56,096 nt of DNA from assembly GCA_964445435.1 (NCBI GenBank), contig CAYUKU010000008.1:1-56096 (forward strand). The letters run 5' to 3'. This DNA is from an uncultured Gammaproteobacteria bacterium (GTDB taxonomy: Bacteria > Patescibacteriota > Microgenomatia > UBA10105 > UBA927). A model generated the notes under the pieces. It was not told the origin of the DNA. It was given only the letters and a program-made list of their open reading frames with translations, and ran no database searches. Positions 1-7,335 of the stretch are shown here, piece by piece. Within the stretch, counting starts at the first letter, position 1. Each line of letters starts with the position of its first letter. A program made the translations under genes and the position numbers.

Positions 1-2
1 GC

Positions 3-134
3 ATCGTATGGTTCGTTTTTTTCTACTTCGGAATTCTTATCGAGTATCGTGGATTATTCCAAAAAATAATCGTCCTTCCCGTCGTCTACTGGTTTATCCT
101 TCTCACGCGCAAACTCGTCACGCTAAAGTCCTAA
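3..134 (+). CDS. Partial CDS (3' end only): hydrophobic membrane protein C-terminus
   Basis: Frame 3 is open from the window edge: IVWFVFFYFGILIEYRGLFQKIIVLPVVYWFILLTRKLVTLKS*, TAA at 132-134. Two hydrophobic segments. Confidence 0.55.
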   Translation: MVWFVFFYFGILIEYRGLFQKIIVLPVVYWFILLTRKLVTLKS

Positions 135-689
135 TTCTTCATGATGCTCCTGCATCGCGCTGAGCGTAAGGGAGATAAAATCGCTCAGAGGTATTCCCAA
201 TTTTTCCTCGCACTGCCCAATCTGTTCGCGTTCGACGGCTGCGGCAAACGCCTTTTGTCCCCACTTTTTCATGACAGCGTCAACCGTGACTGATGAAAGC
301 TGCCTTTCCGGCCGAACCAGGGCTACCGCAACGATAAATCCGGTAAGCTCATCCACGGTCTCCAGCGCCCATTCCATTTCACCCTCAAGCTCTGCCAAGT
401 GCGTGCGCCTCCTGTTGTGAGACATCAGCGCATGGACAATAGGTCCATCAGTTTCACCGAGATTGCGCAACCACGAGAGCGTGTGTTTGGTGTGTTCATC
501 GGGGGCATTTTTCGTCTCCTCCCAGTCAGCATCATGAAGAAGTCCCAAAGTCTCCCACACGTCAGGATCGCCGCCCAATTTCACCGCAAGCGCACGCATT
601 GCATACCCGACTGCATACATATGCCGCCGGAGATTCTGATTTTTCGTGTGGTCGTGGAGTAACTGCCGGGCCTGCTCTTTCGTAATCAT
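123..689 (-). CDS. HD-domain (HDIG-type) metal-dependent phosphohydrolase, COG2316-like
   Basis: Motifs RRH...GLLHDADWE...H...SH...VDELTGFIVAVALVRP. Start overlaps the lysS stop (ATGA). Confidence 0.85.
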   Translation of the reverse strand: MITKEQARQLLHDHTKNQNLRRHMYAVGYAMRALAVKLGGDPDVWETLGLLHDADWEETKNAPDEHTKHTLSWLRNLGETDGPIVHALMSHNRRRTHLAELEGEMEWALETVDELTGFIVAVALVRPERQLSSVTVDAVMKKWGQKAFAAAVEREQIGQCEEKLGIPLSDFISLTLSAMQEHHEELGL

Positions 690-2989
690 GCCACGACTCC
701 CTCAAATTCGAGCGTACCGCCGCAGAATTTCATAATCATCGCAACCGACTCTCTGAGAGACTCCCGGACTTGCTCGGGTGAAATATCATAAACCCCGTCC
801 ACATTTATCCACACATCTGTCGACTCCTCGGTCACCATCGTACGCTTCGCATCCCTGTAGTTGAAGTCTATATTGTAGCCGCCATCACGATCATAATAGG
901 CTATTTCCTTTGCGGTATATGTCGTCGGCATCGTGTCTCCCAGAAGAAGAATTTCGTCGCCCTCTCCCGCATACCGAAGCACCGTGGGAAACTTGACGTT
1001 ATTAGCATCAAATGCGCCAACTGATATCCGATGTTTCATTACAACCAGGTTATATGCATCGACACAGGTATTGACCGTATACAGACCCTTCCCAAGGACA
1101 ACGCGCCGAAGAAGCGCCTCCGGTGACGGACGGCGGGAGTGCCAATCGATGCCCATTTCACGGTAGAGTTTGCGGTAGCTTGTTACTTCAGGATACGTCC
1201 CCAACTGCTCTGTCGTAAGCCCGGCAAGCGAGTCGAGAAACGCTTTTTTCTCCCGTTCGAGGTTGGGGTCTGATTTTATGATACGGACACCCTTTATAAG
1301 CGCAATCCCCACAGAAATGCTGGGAACTTTCGCTTTCAGCTGCGCGTCGATGACGAAATATTCAGGTTTCTGAATCAACTGGACACGTGCACCTTCTGAA
1401 GCAACACCACGGGTGTTAAGCGTCAACCGGGAAATTACCTGATCAACCGGGAATTTCCTCAAAAGCCATCCGGCTCTGGGTCCGTGTTCTTTATCAAGAA
1501 CCGCGATATACAACGCTTTGAACGCACTTTTGAGGTCCAGGTTCTTTTCTTTCGCAAGAAGAAAAATTTCCGACTGCAGTTTTTCAGGATCGGTAACCTG
1601 CCGCCAGATGACGGCAAGGTCGTTAAGAAACGCCCATTGCGCTTGTGTAAGGTGAAGTTGAGAGAGTGGCGCATCTGAAATGCGGTACCGATACTCATCT
1701 GGCGCATACTGGTCGAGCCACATTTGGGCATATGCGCTTCTTGTTTCCAGGATGTCGGCTTCAAATTTCGTCAATTTGGAACCTTTCAGTTGTTCGAATT
1801 TCGCCTTCACATCGACGTTCGGGAGCTGAAGGAAGTTGGCAATATCTCTAAATCGGGGCAACAGAAGTGTGGCGTCTTTAGGGGGGAGTTTATCGACTTG
1901 AGAAAGTTCAAATGCGCGGCTCAACTGTTCGTCTAATCCCGTATTGTATGCCTGCCAGCACCGGTCGTATTCATCGAAAAGATCTGCGATGGCCATCGTC
2001 CCCATCGGGTCAAATTCGATAGCCTGCCGATAGTCCGTTCGCGTGAAAAGAAACCGTCCGACCTCGGCAGGAAGAAGGTTCGTCAGATCCCGGCCTTTGA
2101 GTCCCAACCCCTTGGATGAGGACATTTTTTTCCCGCCGATGAGGAAGAATTCATACGGAAGATTATACGGATTTTCGATATGGAAAACATTTTTACATAA
2201 TTCTTTTGCGATATCCCGCGATCCGCCAGCAGAGGAATGATCCTTCCCAGCACCCTCAACCGTCACGCCCAACACCTTCCAATGCGCAGGCCAATCCACT
2301 TTCCATGGCAGCTTGCCCGGATGATGGGCGGGATTATTTTTGTCGGAAAACGGACTTACGCGTCCCTCATATCCGCAGCCTTTTGCCCAAGTAACCATCG
2401 ATGGTTCACAGGTATATGCAACCGTTTCCCCGTCCCAATCGTGAACTCTCGTCGTCCCCAATCTGCCGCATTTCTCACAAATCACCTGAAGCGGAAGCCA
2501 TCCTTTCTCCCGCTTCTTGCTGCCGCTGACCCGCTGGTAGATATCCTGAATTTCACTTGCGTGATCAAGAGCTTCTCTGATAACCCCGTCGAAGAGACCC
2601 GTGTGATACATATCCCATGATGAACGAAACTGTGCCCGCACGCCCAGGCTCATTAATACATTCTGGAAATCCTTCGTGAAATAATCTGCGAAACTCTCAT
2701 ATCCTTTCTGGGGTGATTTGGCAAGCCGAAGCGGTCTTCCCAGTTCATCGCCCATATGTGCCAGATCAGGCGGCAATCCGTCGACTGGATCAAAGTCGTT
2801 GAAAATATAGGTAAATGTGGCTTTCTTCCCTGCATCCGTAAGCGCGCGGTACACAAGATCGTGAACAATCGGCCCGCGAAGCGAACCGATATGGGCAAAC
2901 CCCGACGGGGTGAACATGTCGTCCACCCAGTATGGCGTGTGTTTGCCCGACGTTATGATTTCTTTTGCGATTTTATCAGCCCAAAACAT
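686..2989 (-). CDS. lysS: Class I lysyl-tRNA synthetase with C-terminal B3/4 (PheRS-beta editing-like) domain
   Basis: TPSGFAHIGS (HIGH-like), CEKCG and CEP...C Zn knuckles, KLPWKVDWPAHW, EGAGKDH, KMSSSKG. The last ~220 aa (RRPSPEALLRR...VDAYN...GAFD...FNYRD) look like a B3/4 domain. Confidence 0.92.
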   Translation of the reverse strand: MFWADKIAKEIITSGKHTPYWVDDMFTPSGFAHIGSLRGPIVHDLVYRALTDAGKKATFTYIFNDFDPVDGLPPDLAHMGDELGRPLRLAKSPQKGYESFADYFTKDFQNVLMSLGVRAQFRSSWDMYHTGLFDGVIREALDHASEIQDIYQRVSGSKKREKGWLPLQVICEKCGRLGTTRVHDWDGETVAYTCEPSMVTWAKGCGYEGRVSPFSDKNNPAHHPGKLPWKVDWPAHWKVLGVTVEGAGKDHSSAGGSRDIAKELCKNVFHIENPYNLPYEFFLIGGKKMSSSKGLGLKGRDLTNLLPAEVGRFLFTRTDYRQAIEFDPMGTMAIADLFDEYDRCWQAYNTGLDEQLSRAFELSQVDKLPPKDATLLLPRFRDIANFLQLPNVDVKAKFEQLKGSKLTKFEADILETRSAYAQMWLDQYAPDEYRYRISDAPLSQLHLTQAQWAFLNDLAVIWRQVTDPEKLQSEIFLLAKEKNLDLKSAFKALYIAVLDKEHGPRAGWLLRKFPVDQVISRLTLNTRGVASEGARVQLIQKPEYFVIDAQLKAKVPSISVGIALIKGVRIIKSDPNLEREKKAFLDSLAGLTTEQLGTYPEVTSYRKLYREMGIDWHSRRPSPEALLRRVVLGKGLYTVNTCVDAYNLVVMKHRISVGAFDANNVKFPTVLRYAGEGDEILLLGDTMPTTYTAKEIAYYDRDGGYNIDFNYRDAKRTMVTEESTDVWINVDGVYDISPEQVRESLRESVAMIMKFCGGTLEFEGVVA

Positions 2990-3003
2990 ACCCGTATTGT
3001 ATC

Positions 3004-3028
3004 AAAAAACCCGCTTCCCGCGGGTTTT
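3004..3028 (-). terminator. Intrinsic terminator after greA, abutting the lysS extended -10
   Basis: Minus strand AAAACCCGC-GGGAA-GCGGG-TTTTTT. Confidence 0.8.
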
Positions 3029-3049
3029 GTTGGTTTGTCAAGTTTCCTG

Positions 3050-3514
3050 TTATTCGATATCAAGAATCTTATATGCCAATTTCCCCGCGGGAGCTTCTAC
3101 CTCCACCTTCTCCCCTACCTTCTTGCCCATGAGCGCCTTGCCCAAGGGAGATTCGTGAGAAATTTTCTTTTCTTTCGGATCTGCCTCCCACTCTCCAACG
3201 AGCATGAACACTTCTTTCTTACCGTTGATGTGAAGCGTCACTTTGCAGCCGACGTCCACTTGGGATTTCGTGTGGTTGGTAATGACTTTGGCACCATGAA
3301 GGATTTCTTCAAGCTCCAGGATGCGGCCGTCGATAAAGGAAAGGTCCTGTTTGGCCGCAGCGTACTCGCTGTTTTCCGATAAATCACCCAATTCGCGTGC
3401 AGCAGCGAGCCGCGCAACCGCATCTGGGCGTTTCACACTCACGAGTTCCTCATGTTCCTTCTTAAGTTCGGCTAATCCGTCTTTTGTAAGGAGTATTTTG
3501 TTATTCGGATCCAT
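3050..3514 (-). CDS. greA: Transcription elongation factor GreA
   Basis: LTKDG..EL..E...ARELGDLSENSEY.AAK, EADP...KISHESPLGKALMG. Confidence 0.97.
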   Translation of the reverse strand: MDPNNKILLTKDGLAELKKEHEELVSVKRPDAVARLAAARELGDLSENSEYAAAKQDLSFIDGRILELEEILHGAKVITNHTKSQVDVGCKVTLHINGKKEVFMLVGEWEADPKEKKISHESPLGKALMGKKVGEKVEVEAPAGKLAYKILDIE

Positions 3515-3660
3515 ACCGGGTTGTGAAATTTCGACCTTTGCCTTAATGCTTTTATTTCGAAATTTCAGCTTCCTTTCTTATGTATCTAGATTATTCTAGC
3601 CGGATAATCCAACACGCGCAGGCAAAGAAATAGAAGCGTGTCGAAATTCTACTACCCGGC
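3512..3660 (-). ncRNA. Conserved structured 5' leader element, copy 1 (greA)
   Basis: Identical blocks shared with 9744-9894: 34 nt (3512-3545 = 9744-9777), 13 nt, 9 nt, and 20 nt (3640-3659 = 9872-9891). Self-complementary ends. Confidence 0.8.
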
Positions 3661-3673
3661 AGAATTTAGGCCT

Positions 3674-3721
3674 AAAAAAACCTGCCCCATCTTCAAGCTG
3701 AGCAAAAAGAACTGGGAGCAG
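3674..3721 (-). terminator. Terminator/attenuator-like hairpin in the greA leader
   Basis: Minus strand CTGCTCCCA...TGGGGCAG followed by G-TTTTTTT, lying between the promoter and the leader element. Confidence 0.55.
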
Positions 3722-3747
3722 CGTAAATTAATTCAACTTACTTGTTT

Positions 3748-3776
3748 AGTGTAGCGAATTTGCCTTGTGCTGTCAA
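3748..3776 (-). promoter_or_regulatory. Sigma70-type promoter for greA
   Basis: Minus strand TTGACA-17 nt-TACACT. Confidence 0.75.
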
Positions 3777-3812
3777 GGAGAAATTGGTACAATTGAAGCT
3801 AGAATTGCCTTT

Positions 3813-3886
3813 GCCCCCATCGTCTAGCGGCCTAGGACGACGCCTTCTCAAGGCGTAGATCTCCGGTTCGAATCCGGATGGGGGTA
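3813..3886 (+). tRNA. tRNA-Glu(CTC), CCA not encoded
   Basis: Cloverleaf: GCCCCCA/TGGGGGT acceptor (G1.U72), ACGCC-TT-CTC-AA-GGCGT anticodon arm, TCCGG-TTCGAAT-CCGGA T arm. Extended -10 TGGTACAAT upstream. Confidence 0.96.
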
Positions 3887-3942
3887 CTAAATACCTATAG
3901 TTTGAATACATAAAACTCTTCTGATACAATACGGTTGCAATG

Positions 3943-3966
3943 AAGCACTATTTGCAGTGCTTTTTT
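3943..3966 (+). terminator. Intrinsic terminator downstream of tRNA-Glu
   Basis: AAGCACT-ATTTGC-AGTGCTT-TTTT. Confidence 0.7.
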
Positions 3967-4078
3967 GTAACAGTCCCTCTTTTACATGGGCCGTCTTTCG
4001 GGACGTATAGAAAGCAAAATCCATCTTGCTTTTGTTTTGTTCCGTCCCGAAAAACTTGATTACCAGAAGGAGTTGACC

Positions 4079-4156
4079 ATGGAAGAAATCAAGAAGAACT
4101 GGCCCATTGGGTTCATTGTTCTGGTCGCGGCCATCGTCACCGGCATCGCCGGCTGA
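4079..4156 (+). CDS. 25-aa single-helix membrane peptide (not in ORF track)
   Basis: AGAAGGAG SD, 6 nt, ATG. Translation MEEIKKNWPIGFIVLVAAIVTGIAG*. Confidence 0.55.
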   Translation: MEEIKKNWPIGFIVLVAAIVTGIAG

Positions 4157-4189
4157 CAGACACCGGTCAATCCGGCACGGAGTTCTATT

Positions 4190-5332
4190 TTAGGCCGCGA
4201 TAAGCTCCAGCATGCGTTTGGCTTTCACATCCCAGTCGATTGATTTGGCGTAGACAAGGGCATCACGGCTGATTTGCTTTCTCCGTTTCCCGTCAGATAG
4301 AAGCACGATAATCTCCTTGGCAAACTGCCCGCCGTCACCGAGCGGTACTCTTACAACTCCCTTATCATACGTCAGATGGGGCGTGTCATAGAGGATTCCC
4401 GGAAGCCCGCACGCCATACCCTCGTCAAGTGCAATATTACCGGTATCGAAACGTGAAGCTGAAACAAATATTTTACTCGACTTAAGAATCATCGCTTTGT
4501 CCACCCCGTCCTGCACACCTAAAAAAAGAATATTTCTTTCCAGATGCACCCTTCTGACTTTTTCTTTCAATGCAGATTCAAGAATTCCGCCGCCTACAAG
4601 GGCAAGCACGCGTTTTTTATCCCATGCGACAATCTTTGACCAGATATCGATAAGCTCAGATACACACTTCTGCGGATGAAATCTGCCCACAAACACGGCA
4701 TCATACTTAATCGACTGTTTCGGGACCGACCGGAAAAAATCATTGTCTACGCCGCCACCTACGGCAAGAACATCGCCTTCACCGAAACGTGTCTGATCGA
4801 CAAAGCGAGTCCGATCAAAAGGAGACGCCGTCAAGACCTTGCTCCCGCACATCTGTGCAATCCGAAGGGAAATCACCTCATTGATGTAAAAAAGAAATCC
4901 CTTCCATTTCCCTCCGCTGTAATCGCGGCCCCAGGGCTCCCTGGTAAAGATATAACTTGCCGTAACCGCTTTCACCCTGGGCTGGTACAGCTTCACCATG
5001 AATGTAGGCAGCATGTCCGGCAGGAAAAATGAGGAAGCGAAAACGACATCGCACCGTGGAAACCGATAGAAGAGACTATAGAGTGCGGACGTCAACGTCT
5101 TGCCGATATTGGCCAGCACGAATCCCAACCGATCGAGCCAGGAGGACCACCAGAGCACAATCCGGTGAGAAGAAATCCCCGCTCCCTCGCAAAATCCCTT
5201 TCCGGCTTCGTTGGTAATAATCCCAACATCATGTCCCCAACGCATCCAGCGTTTGGCGCACTCGACGAAAATCTTATCTCCGCCGGAAAGCGTATCGGTA
5301 TGAACGGAGTTGGCGAAAATAAGAATCTTCAT
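4190..5332 (-). CDS. Glycosyltransferase family 4 (GT-B)
   Basis: SGGD N-terminus, VFVGRFHPQK, FVSASRFDTGNIALDEGMACGLP. Confidence 0.88.
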   Translation of the reverse strand: MKILIFANSVHTDTLSGGDKIFVECAKRWMRWGHDVGIITNEAGKGFCEGAGISSHRIVLWWSSWLDRLGFVLANIGKTLTSALYSLFYRFPRCDVVFASSFFLPDMLPTFMVKLYQPRVKAVTASYIFTREPWGRDYSGGKWKGFLFYINEVISLRIAQMCGSKVLTASPFDRTRFVDQTRFGEGDVLAVGGGVDNDFFRSVPKQSIKYDAVFVGRFHPQKCVSELIDIWSKIVAWDKKRVLALVGGGILESALKEKVRRVHLERNILFLGVQDGVDKAMILKSSKIFVSASRFDTGNIALDEGMACGLPGILYDTPHLTYDKGVVRVPLGDGGQFAKEIIVLLSDGKRRKQISRDALVYAKSIDWDVKAKRMLELIAA

Positions 5333-6321
5333 GGGGTGAATACGTCATGATCCCTGCTAAACTCATTACCCATCAGGTACGGATTGCCTCCAATAGCGTG
5401 AATCTTCCCGTTAACGACCCCCGCAGCAAGCGCATAGCGTCCGACCGGCAGATCAGGCCGCCGGATCCACTTATTTTCCTTTATCTTATATTCGTGAACC
5501 TCACTTGAAACTGCCCATCCTTGTTCCCCGCCCAGGATATAAATACTCTCCCCCAAAGCAACAGCGGTAAATCCGCTCACGGCATACGGAAGGGGCGCCA
5601 ACGTTTCCCATGAATCCGTTTTCGGATCATATGCCTCATGTGTGGTGAGGTTATTAAACCGGGTTCCCGCATATCCTCCCAAAACAAACAGTTTCCCCAT
5701 CGCCCCGACTGCGCTTACGTGTTCGCGCGCCGTGGGCATCGGTTTGCCCGCTGACCAACTGTCCGTCTCGGGATTGTAGATATGAAGAAAGTTTGTGGGA
5801 ACAGTGTTTATGCCGCCACCAACGGCATAGAGTTTCCCGTCAAGCGCTGCCACCGCAAGGGCGCCTCTTGCCACAGGCAGGTCGGCTTTGCGTTCCCACA
5901 CATTTTTTTCAGGGTCGAAAGCGAAAACATCTGACCGCACGGTAATTCGAACGCCGTTTCCGCCCACGACATAGATCTTTCCTCCGAGCATCGCTGCCCC
6001 TGTATGATGAACTGAGACGGGATAGGAAGGAGCCTTTCGCCATGTATCGGTTTTTGCGTTGTAAACTTCAACTAAATCGGTCGGAAACCAGACCGATGGA
6101 AGGGCAATCCCTCCGATAAGATAGATATCGTTTTCCAATACGGCGCCGGCCGCTTCATGACGGAAAGACGGGAGGGCTGCGGCCTTCTCCCAGCGTCCCC
6201 CGGAAGAATCGGCGGATGTAGTCGAACCTACAAGCGCCCGATTTGGTCGGTACCATACATTGACGACAAAAAGCAGAATATAAAAGGGAATCAAAACAAT
6301 GCGAAGCATCAGCTCATTCAT
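5329..6321 (-). CDS. Membrane-anchored Kelch-repeat beta-propeller protein
   Basis: N-terminal hydrophobic helix, then six Kelch repeats (IY.IGG/VGG...YDP.T..W). Confidence 0.88.
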   Translation of the reverse strand: MNELMLRIVLIPFYILLFVVNVWYRPNRALVGSTTSADSSGGRWEKAAALPSFRHEAAGAVLENDIYLIGGIALPSVWFPTDLVEVYNAKTDTWRKAPSYPVSVHHTGAAMLGGKIYVVGGNGVRITVRSDVFAFDPEKNVWERKADLPVARGALAVAALDGKLYAVGGGINTVPTNFLHIYNPETDSWSAGKPMPTAREHVSAVGAMGKLFVLGGYAGTRFNNLTTHEAYDPKTDSWETLAPLPYAVSGFTAVALGESIYILGGEQGWAVSSEVHEYKIKENKWIRRPDLPVGRYALAAGVVNGKIHAIGGNPYLMGNEFSRDHDVFTP

Positions 6322-6366
6322 GATTGGTATAGTATCTCATTAAGCTTCCTATGATACAATCGGCGC

Positions 6367-7335
6367 ATGTACATGGGACGGCGATCACCGCATACGTCAA
6401 AGAATCCGCTTCGAATATTCTTCTGGTTTCTCGTCTTTCTTATCGGTACATCATGGTATGTGTTTTCCCTGTCACGAAAGCAAAACGAAATTATCTCACC
6501 GTTAGCTAGTAATTTCGAAAATGTGAGAGAACATTTTCCATCGCCTACCCACGGTTCACTTCTTGCCCTATTTTCCAAATCGAAAAAGCCCGACGAGCTC
6601 AGAGCTGCAGTGAAAAAAATTGCCGATGAGAAGTGGAAAAACTACTCCATATACGTAGTGGATCTCACATCAGCATTTGAAATGGGCATGAATGAAACTT
6701 CTATATACGATGCCGCATCGGTGAACAAAATTCCCATTCTCGTTACCCTGTACCATGAGGCAAGCGAGGGAAATATCGATTTCAACCGGACAATCACTAT
6801 GCAAGAAAAAGACCGGCAGGACTACGGAACGGGCAGCATGCGCTATGACCCGTCAGGAACCGTGTATTCCATAAAAACCCTCGCCCGCCTCATGATCCAA
6901 AAAAGCGATAATACCGCCGCATACATCATCGCCAATCACATCCTCAAGCTGAAAGATATCCAAGCATATGTAGAGGGCTTAGGAACAACACAAACGGACA
7001 TGATAAAGAATACGACATCAAACCGTGATATCGCGCTCCTTTTTCGCCTCATGTTTGAAGGAAAGATCGCAAACAAGGCACTCACCGAGGAAATGGTAGG
7101 TCTCCTGAAAAAGACGGATTTCGAAGATCGGCTGCCGGCACAGCTTCCAGACGACGCTATTGTTTATCACAAGATCGGTACTGGCGTTGGCGCTGTCCAT
7201 GACGTCGGAGTCGTGGAAAATGGGAAGACTAAATACTACATAGGGATATTTACCAGCAACATCCTCGATGAGGAACAAACCAGTGAAGAAGTGGCCCAAG
7301 TCTCCAAACTTGTCTACGAATTCATGACGAACTAA
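6367..7335 (+). CDS. Class A beta-lactamase-like serine hydrolase with N-terminal TM anchor
   Basis: AASVNK (SxxK), SDN and HKIG motifs. Confidence 0.85.
   Translation: MYMGRRSPHTSKNPLRIFFWFLVFLIGTSWYVFSLSRKQNEIISPLASNFENVREHFPSPTHGSLLALFSKSKKPDELRAAVKKIADEKWKNYSIYVVDLTSAFEMGMNETSIYDAASVNKIPILVTLYHEASEGNIDFNRTITMQEKDRQDYGTGSMRYDPSGTVYSIKTLARLMIQKSDNTAAYIIANHILKLKDIQAYVEGLGTTQTDMIKNTTSNRDIALLFRLMFEGKIANKALTEEMVGLLKKTDFEDRLPAQLPDDAIVYHKIGTGVGAVHDVGVVENGKTKYYIGIFTSNILDEEQTSEEVAQVSKLVYEFMTN

Noticed and set aside
3036-3041. TTGACA upstream of lysS as its -35
   Set aside because: It is 34 nt from the -10 with the greA terminator in between. The TG-extended -10 is sufficient.
2756-3382. 208-aa + strand ORF and many other 60-175-aa ORFs antisense to known genes
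   Set aside because: Shadow ORFs opposite well-supported genes, with no motifs or initiation signals.
3512-3660. greA/lon element as a recently active transposon or a simple duplication
   Set aside because: No transposase in the window, the TA flank is absent at the greA 5' end, the linkers are diverged while pairing segments are kept, and both copies sit in identical register to a start codon. Not fully excluded without the whole genome.
3813-3886. G1.U72 pair and missing CCA as signs of a tRNA pseudogene
   Set aside because: The rest of the cloverleaf is canonical, tRNA-Gln also lacks CCA, and a CCA-adding enzyme is encoded in the window.
6367-7335. Calling this a true antibiotic-resistance beta-lactamase
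   Set aside because: SxxK, SDN and KIG motifs are shared by membrane-anchored PBP-like hydrolases. I cannot confirm the omega-loop Glu166 equivalent.
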